This document shows, piece after piece, positions 59,005-64,000 of a stretch of 64,000 bases of DNA. Numbering within the stretch: position 1 is the first letter of the stretch; the number at the start of each line of letters is the position of its first letter. A program made the translations under genes and the position numbers. Origin of the DNA: an uncultured Gemmatimonadales bacterium. GTDB lineage: Bacteria > Gemmatimonadota > Gemmatimonadetes > Gemmatimonadales > GWC2-71-9. A model generated the notes under the pieces. That model was not told the DNA's origin, ran no database searches, and saw only the letters and a list, made by a program, of their open reading frames with translations. Where the stretch lies: assembly GCA_963728915.1 (NCBI GenBank), contig CAVSLV010000001.1, positions 320,001 to 384,000 on the forward strand. The letters are read 5' to 3'.

Positions 59005-60119
59005 GGGCGATCGCGGCGCTGACCGCGGTGGCACTCCTCTGCGCCCCGCCGGCCTGGACCCAGGAGGCGCGCGCGTCGGGCCGCATCGTGCGGGTCGTGA
59101 CCGGCGACACCATGCCGGTCGGATCGGTGTCCGTGGTCCTCCACCGGGTCAGCCAGACCGCCCAGGGCCCGATCGATACCGTGCCGACCGGGATCTCGGG
59201 GCGATTCGACATCCGGTTCCGGGCCGATACCAGCGCTCTCTTCCTCTTTTCGGTGCGGTACGAGGGCATCGAATACTTCTCGGCCCCGATTCGCGGTTAC
59301 GCTGGAAGACCGGACACCGGTCTGGTGATCATCGTCGCCGATACCTCGAGCACGATCCCGGTGACCGTGGCGGAACGCACCCTGCTGATCGGGCGTCCCG
59401 ACCAGAGCAACAGCCGGATGGTGATCGACTGGCTGGTCCTGTTCAATCCTGGCGATCGGACCCGGGTGGTCTCCGATACCCGGCCTGCCTGGGCAGTCCC
59501 GCTTCCCGAGGAGGCGCAACAGGTCGCCCTCGCGGACATCCATCTGAGCCAGTTCTCTCCCGATGCGGTCAGCTTCCGGGGCGACAGCATCCAGGTCTTC
59601 GCGCCGATTTCGCCGGGGCGGAAGGAGCTGGTGCTCCAGTACCGGATCCCCGGCACCGCGAAGCGGATGGTGGTCCCCGCGCCGGGCACCGATTCGGTCT
59701 TCGTGCTGATCGAGGAGCCCGACGCGCGGGTGGAACGCCCGGCCCTGACCCGATCCGCCGGCCAGCAGGTCGAAGGGCGGGGGTTCCAGCGCTGGGTGGG
59801 CGTGTTAGGCAGCGCCTCCGAGATCGCCATCGCGCTCCCCGGTCCCGGCCTCTCCGCGAAGTCTCTGCTCCCGGCGCTCCTGGCGATCACCATCCTGGGG
59901 TTCGTCGGGCTGGCCCTGGTGCGGGCCCGCCGCCGCACGGTCCAGCCCGAGGGCGCCGACCCGATCGCGCTGGCGGACGCCATCGCGCGGCTCGACCAGC
60001 AGAAGACCGACGCGGGGGTTGGATGGAGCGCCGACCGAGAAACGACCTACCGCGCCGAGCGGGCTCGGCTCAAGGTGCTGCTCGAACGCGCTCTTGCGAG
60101 CCCGCGGCGGCACTCCTAA
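59001..60119 (+). CDS. Hypothetical exported protein with C-terminal TM and short helical tail (start CTG 59001 or GTG 59028)
   Basis: Signal-like N-terminus, beta-rich body, TM LLPALLAITILGFVGLALV, tail LADAIARLD...YRAERARLK. Confidence 0.7.
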   Translation: MRAIAALTAVALLCAPPAWTQEARASGRIVRVVTGDTMPVGSVSVVLHRVSQTAQGPIDTVPTGISGRFDIRFRADTSALFLFSVRYEGIEYFSAPIRGYAGRPDTGLVIIVADTSSTIPVTVAERTLLIGRPDQSNSRMVIDWLVLFNPGDRTRVVSDTRPAWAVPLPEEAQQVALADIHLSQFSPDAVSFRGDSIQVFAPISPGRKELVLQYRIPGTAKRMVVPAPGTDSVFVLIEEPDARVERPALTRSAGQQVEGRGFQRWVGVLGSASEIAIALPGPGLSAKSLLPALLAITILGFVGLALVRARRRTVQPEGADPIALADAIARLDQQKTDAGVGWSADRETTYRAERARLKVLLERALASPRRHS

Positions 60120-60122
60120 CTT
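60094..60122 (+). promoter_or_regulatory. Putative sigma70 promoter of the B12 operon (TTGCGA-17-TAACTT)
   Basis: TTGCGA 60094-60099, TAACTT 60117-60122; 13 nt upstream of riboswitch P1. Confidence 0.6.
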
Positions 60123-60135
60123 CGCTCGTTCCACC

Positions 60136-60299
60136 GCGACGCGGATGCTCGGAAGCCGGTGCACAATCCGGCGCGGCCCCGCCACTGTGAAGGGCGCAGT
60201 ATCCCCCGCTCACCAGCCACTGGGAAACCGGGAAGGCGAGCGGGAGCCCTGAGCCAGGAGACCTCCCGTCGCTTCACCCGCACATCCCTCGGGGGAGGG
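60136..60299 (+). ncRNA. Cobalamin riboswitch with SD-sequestering hairpin
   Basis: GGAAgccGGTG..atCCGgcgCgGCCCcGCCACTGT, GCCACTG..GGGAAGG, B12 box GAGCCAGGAGACC; P1 GCGACG/CGTCGC; upstream of btu-like genes. Confidence 0.93.
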
Positions 60300-60304
60300 T
60301 CAGG

Positions 60305-61174
60305 GTGCTTCGCGCTCGCTGCATTCTCACGCTGGTTCTCGTCGCCTGTGGGCGGCCGCCATCCCATGCCGGTCCGATCGTGGACGACGGCGGCACTCCG
60401 GTGTTTTTGCCGGCGCCGCCCCGGCGCATCGTCTCCCTCATTCCGGCCACCACCGAGCTGGTCTTCGCCCTCGGGGCGGGGGATCGTCTGGTCGGTCGGA
60501 CCACCTGGTGCGATTATCCCCCCGCAGCCGCCCAGGTTCCCGACCTGGGGAATGGCATGGGCCCGAACCTCGAAGCGGTGGCCGGGGCGCGCCCCGACCT
60601 GGTGCTCCTCTATCGGTCGCCGGACAACGCCGGGACCGCGGAGCGGCTCCGGGCCCTCGGCATCCCGGTGCTGGAGCTCCGCACCGACCGGATCGCCGAC
60701 TTCGACCGGATCACCCGGCTGCTCGGAGGCGAGTTAGGAGATCCCCTCACGGCGGATACCCTGCTCGAACGGGTGCACCGGGACATCGCCGTCGCCTCGG
60801 CGCCCGCGGTCCGCCCGTCCGCCCGTCCGACGGTCCTGCTGCTCTCCTGGGACCGTCCTCCCATCGCCCTGGGGAGGGGCAGCTTCCTCTCGGAAATCGT
60901 CGAGCACGCCGGCGCCCGCAACGTCTTCGACGACCTGCCGGCGCCCTCGGCGCCGGTCTCGATCGAGGCGGTGGCGAGCCGGAACCCCGACCTGATTCTC
61001 ACTTCCTCGGCCGACCTGCCCGCGATCGCGACCCGCCCGGAATGGCGCGTGGTTCCGGCGGTCCGGGCCCGCCGGTTCCTGCGGATCACCGGGAGCGAAT
61101 TCAACCGGCCCTCGCCCCGGATCGGCGCCGCGATCGCCGCGCTTCGAGCGGCGCTCGACTCGCTGCGACGATGA
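60305..61174 (+). CDS. btuF: Cobalamin ABC transporter substrate-binding lipoprotein (BtuF-like)
   Basis: Lipobox [37 protein letters not shown]; riboswitch upstream. Confidence 0.85.
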   Translation: MLRARCILTLVLVACGRPPSHAGPIVDDGGTPVFLPAPPRRIVSLIPATTELVFALGAGDRLVGRTTWCDYPPAAAQVPDLGNGMGPNLEAVAGARPDLVLLYRSPDNAGTAERLRALGIPVLELRTDRIADFDRITRLLGGELGDPLTADTLLERVHRDIAVASAPAVRPSARPTVLLLSWDRPPIALGRGSFLSEIVEHAGARNVFDDLPAPSAPVSIEAVASRNPDLILTSSADLPAIATRPEWRVVPAVRARRFLRITGSEFNRPSPRIGAAIAALRAALDSLRR

Positions 61175-62138
61175 GAATCGCCCTGGCGCTCGCGGGACTC
61201 GTCATCCTCGCGGCACTGGTCGGACTCGCGCTCGGTGCGGTGGCGCTCAGCCCGGGCGAGGTCGCCGCCGGCCTCTTCTCGCCCGGGGCCCCTGCCGCCG
61301 ACATCGTGCGGCAGATCAGGCTGCCGCGGGTGCTCCTCGCCTTTCTGGTCGGCGGGAGTCTGGGGGTGTGCGGGGCCGCGCTCCAGGCGCTGGTGCGTAA
61401 CCCGCTCGCCGATCCATTCCTGCTGGGGATCTCGGGGGGGCGGGTCTGGCCGCGGTGGTGGCGCTCGGGCTCGGGTGGTCGGGACCCTGGTCCCTGCCCC
61501 TGGCCGCGTTCGGGGGAGGCCTCGCCGCGGTGGCCCTGGTGTATCGGCTGAGTACGGTGGCGGGCCGGCCGCTCGATCCCCGGGTGCTGGTCCTCGCCGG
61601 CGTGGTCGTGAGCGCGTTCACCGGCGCGCTCATGGCGGCGATTCTCACCCTCTCCACCGCGGAGCAGCTCCGCAATGCCTTCTTCTGGATGCTGGGCGGA
61701 TTCTCGTCCGCTTCCTGGGCCTCGGTCACCACGTTTCTCGTGTACGCGCTGGTTCCCCTGGCGGTCATCGCGGCGTCGGCCCGTCCGCTCGATCTCCTGT
61801 CCCTCGGCGAAGAGCCGGCAGTCTCGCTTGGGCTCGACGTCACCCGGGCGCGACGGGTGGTGTATCTCGCGACGTCGCTGCTCACCGCGGCGAGCGTGGC
61901 GGTCTGCGGGATTGTCGGGTTTGTCGGCCTCATCGCGCCCCACGCGATGCGCGGCCTCCTGGGACCGGCACACCGCCGGCTCCTCCCGGCCGTGTTCCTT
62001 GCCAGCGGCGCCTTCCTGGTGCTCGCCGATGCCGCAGCCCGCACTGTGGTCCGCCCGATCGAGCTTCCGGTCGGGGTGATCACCGCGCTGGTCGGGGTGC
62101 CGGTGTTCGCCGGTCTCCTTCACCGGTCGCTCCGATGA
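61171..62138 (+). pseudogene. btuC: BtuC/FecCD permease with a 1-nt frameshift in the G7 run at 61434-61440 (real lesion or sequencing error)
   Basis: 5' frame has [26 protein letters not shown]; the rest ([35 protein letters not shown]) is in another frame; one extra G joins them. Confidence 0.85.
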
Positions 62139-62917
62139 GCCTGTCGGCACCGGGCGTCACGGCGCGGTATCCGGGGAACCCGATGGATGCGATCAACGGA
62201 GTGGATCTCCATCTCGCCGATCACGAGCTGGTGGCGCTGGTGGGACCGAACGGGTGCGGGAAGACCACGCTGCTCCGCTGCGTGATGGGACTGCTCCCGC
62301 TCCGGTCGGGCGAGGTCCTGCTCGACCGGCGGGATCTCAAGGCCTGGTCCCGCGCGGAGCTGGCCCGGCGCATCGCCCTGGTGCCCCAGCGGGAGGAGAC
62401 CCCGTTTTCCTGGCGGGTGGACCAGATGGTCGGGTTCGGGCGCTACGTCTGGCGCGGCCCGCTGAGCCCGATGCACGCCGAGGATCGAGCCGCGATCGAC
62501 CGCGCGCTCACCCGGTGCGACCTGATCCCGCTGACCGGGCGGCGGGTGGAGACGCTCTCGGGAGGCGAGTGGCAGCGGGTGCGGATCGCGCGGGCGCTGG
62601 CCCAGGAGGCGGGCTTTCTCTTTCTCGATGAGCCCACCGCGTCGCTCGACCTCGGCCATGAGATGGAGCTGCTCGAGCTGGTGCGGCGCCTGGTGGATGA
62701 AGGACTCGCCGCCCTGGTGGTGACCCACGAGCTGAATCTCGCCGCCCGGTTCGCCGACCGGATCGTCCTGCTGGCGGAGGGATCGGTGGTGGCGAGCGGA
62801 CCGCCCCACGAGGTGATGCGAGCCGACATCCTGTCGCGGGTGTTTCGCTGGCCGGTCGCCGTCGGCGAGTCGCCCGAGGGCCGCCCCCAGATCGTTCCGC
62901 TCCGCGATTATTCTTGA
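62135..62917 (+). CDS. btuD: ABC transporter ATP-binding protein (BtuD/FepC-like)
   Basis: GPNGCGKTT, LSGGEWQRV, LDEPT, THELNLA; ATG 62135. Confidence 0.88.
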   Translation: MSLSAPGVTARYPGNPMDAINGVDLHLADHELVALVGPNGCGKTTLLRCVMGLLPLRSGEVLLDRRDLKAWSRAELARRIALVPQREETPFSWRVDQMVGFGRYVWRGPLSPMHAEDRAAIDRALTRCDLIPLTGRRVETLSGGEWQRVRIARALAQEAGFLFLDEPTASLDLGHEMELLELVRRLVDEGLAALVVTHELNLAARFADRIVLLAEGSVVASGPPHEVMRADILSRVFRWPVAVGESPEGRPQIVPLRDYS

Positions 62918-62920
62918 AGG

Positions 62921-63976
62921 ATGCGGTTCCGGTTCGTGCTCGCGGCAGGAGCTTGCCTGGGATGCGCGGCGACCACGCCCTCCTCCCCCCTTCCTCGCGA
63001 CGTGCTCGTGGTACTCAATGCTCAGGCCGCCAGCCTGAGCCTCATACCGATTTCCGGTGGCGGATCGAGCGAGGTGGTGACCCTCGGCGCGATCGGCGGG
63101 ACCCCCCATGCCATGGCTTCGCGGGGCAGCGAGGTCCTGGTGACCACGGGCGAATCGGGAACGATCGCCCGGCTCAATCTGGATAATGGCGTTTCGGCGG
63201 TGGTGTACCAGCTCCCCGCAGGTGCGGGAGCCGGCGGAGCGGTGTTCGTCGATGACAGCCTGGCGTATGTCACCAACCCGCTGAACGATCGGGTGACCCG
63301 GTTCAATTTCAGGACCGGCGATACCGTGAGTGTGGCGGTGGGCCACAGCCCGGTGGCCGCGGCGATCACCCGGGGTCGCCTCTTCGTGGTGAACGCCAAT
63401 CTCGATCCGGCCTGCCCGTTCACCGATCCCTGCATCCTCGGGCCGAGCTGGATCACGGTGCTCGATCCGGTCTCCACCGTTCTGGTCGATTCCATTCCGT
63501 TGGTGGGACCCGGCAACGCGGTGGCGATCGACGTGGGCGGCGATGGGCAGCTCTACGTGCTGAGCGCCGGCGTCAATGACGGCGAGGCCTCGATGGGACG
63601 GGTGAGCATCATCGACCCGATCCTGCGCGCCGAGGTCGGAAGCTTCGCGGGATTCGGGGTCCTCCCCAACAACCTCGCCTCCGATCGGCGGGAACGGCTT
63701 TTCGTCACTTCCGAGTCCGAGGGGCTGATGGAATTCAACACTCGAACCCGGCGAGTGGTGCGAGGGGCAGGATCGGGGATTCCACTCCAGGGCGCCACCG
63801 CGGCGGCGGTGGACGGAGACGGGTTCATCTACGCGGTGGAGGCGGGCGGCTGTTCGGGATCGAATTCCGGGCGGGTCCGGGTATTCCGTCCCGATCTCAC
63901 TGAATTCCGCGTGGTCCAGACCGGGCCCTGTTCGATCGCCGCCACCCAGGTCAAGCTGCCGCCGCTCGCGCAGTAG
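62921..63976 (+). CDS. YncE/YVTN-like beta-propeller lipoprotein
   Basis: Lipobox CLGC; blade motifs AYVTN, VGHSP, LFVVN, LYVLS, LFVTS. Confidence 0.8.
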   Translation: MRFRFVLAAGACLGCAATTPSSPLPRDVLVVLNAQAASLSLIPISGGGSSEVVTLGAIGGTPHAMASRGSEVLVTTGESGTIARLNLDNGVSAVVYQLPAGAGAGGAVFVDDSLAYVTNPLNDRVTRFNFRTGDTVSVAVGHSPVAAAITRGRLFVVNANLDPACPFTDPCILGPSWITVLDPVSTVLVDSIPLVGPGNAVAIDVGGDGQLYVLSAGVNDGEASMGRVSIIDPILRAEVGSFAGFGVLPNNLASDRRERLFVTSESEGLMEFNTRTRRVVRGAGSGIPLQGATAAAVDGDGFIYAVEAGGCSGSNSGRVRVFRPDLTEFRVVQTGPCSIAATQVKLPPLAQ

Positions 63977-64000
63977 CGGGACGGATGCCGTCCCTCGCCA

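Overview
High-GC bacterial chromosomal window; gene content and order suggest Gemmatimonadota (inference, no search run). Mostly tightly coupled housekeeping operons: end of the dcw cluster (ftsA, ftsZ, M23 peptidase), ftsY-recG, a sodium:solute symporter, asnS, mazG, alr-deoB-cdd-(lipoprotein, OM barrel)-miaB-comEC-fbp-methylmalonyl-CoA mutase, argS-pfkB-purM-nusB-GT4-hpf-hprK with a complete mannose-family PTS, metK, and a cobalamin-riboswitch-led btuFCD-type operon whose permease is frameshifted in a G7 run. The stand-out is a minus-strand four-gene cassette (46064 to 29553): an inner-membrane Pro-rich protein, a small OM beta-barrel, a ~4,380-aa probable lipoprotein of ~41 Ig-like domains, and a 430-aa miniature paralog. 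The giant gene has 33 tandem ~107-aa repeats, with a strict 4-unit (1284-bp) higher-order period in the distal part. No known secretion or anchoring signature explains its export, so this is a candidate undescribed surface-display/adhesin system. A FixL-like PAS hybrid kinase lies close by. No tRNA, rRNA, CRISPR array or mobile element was recognised.
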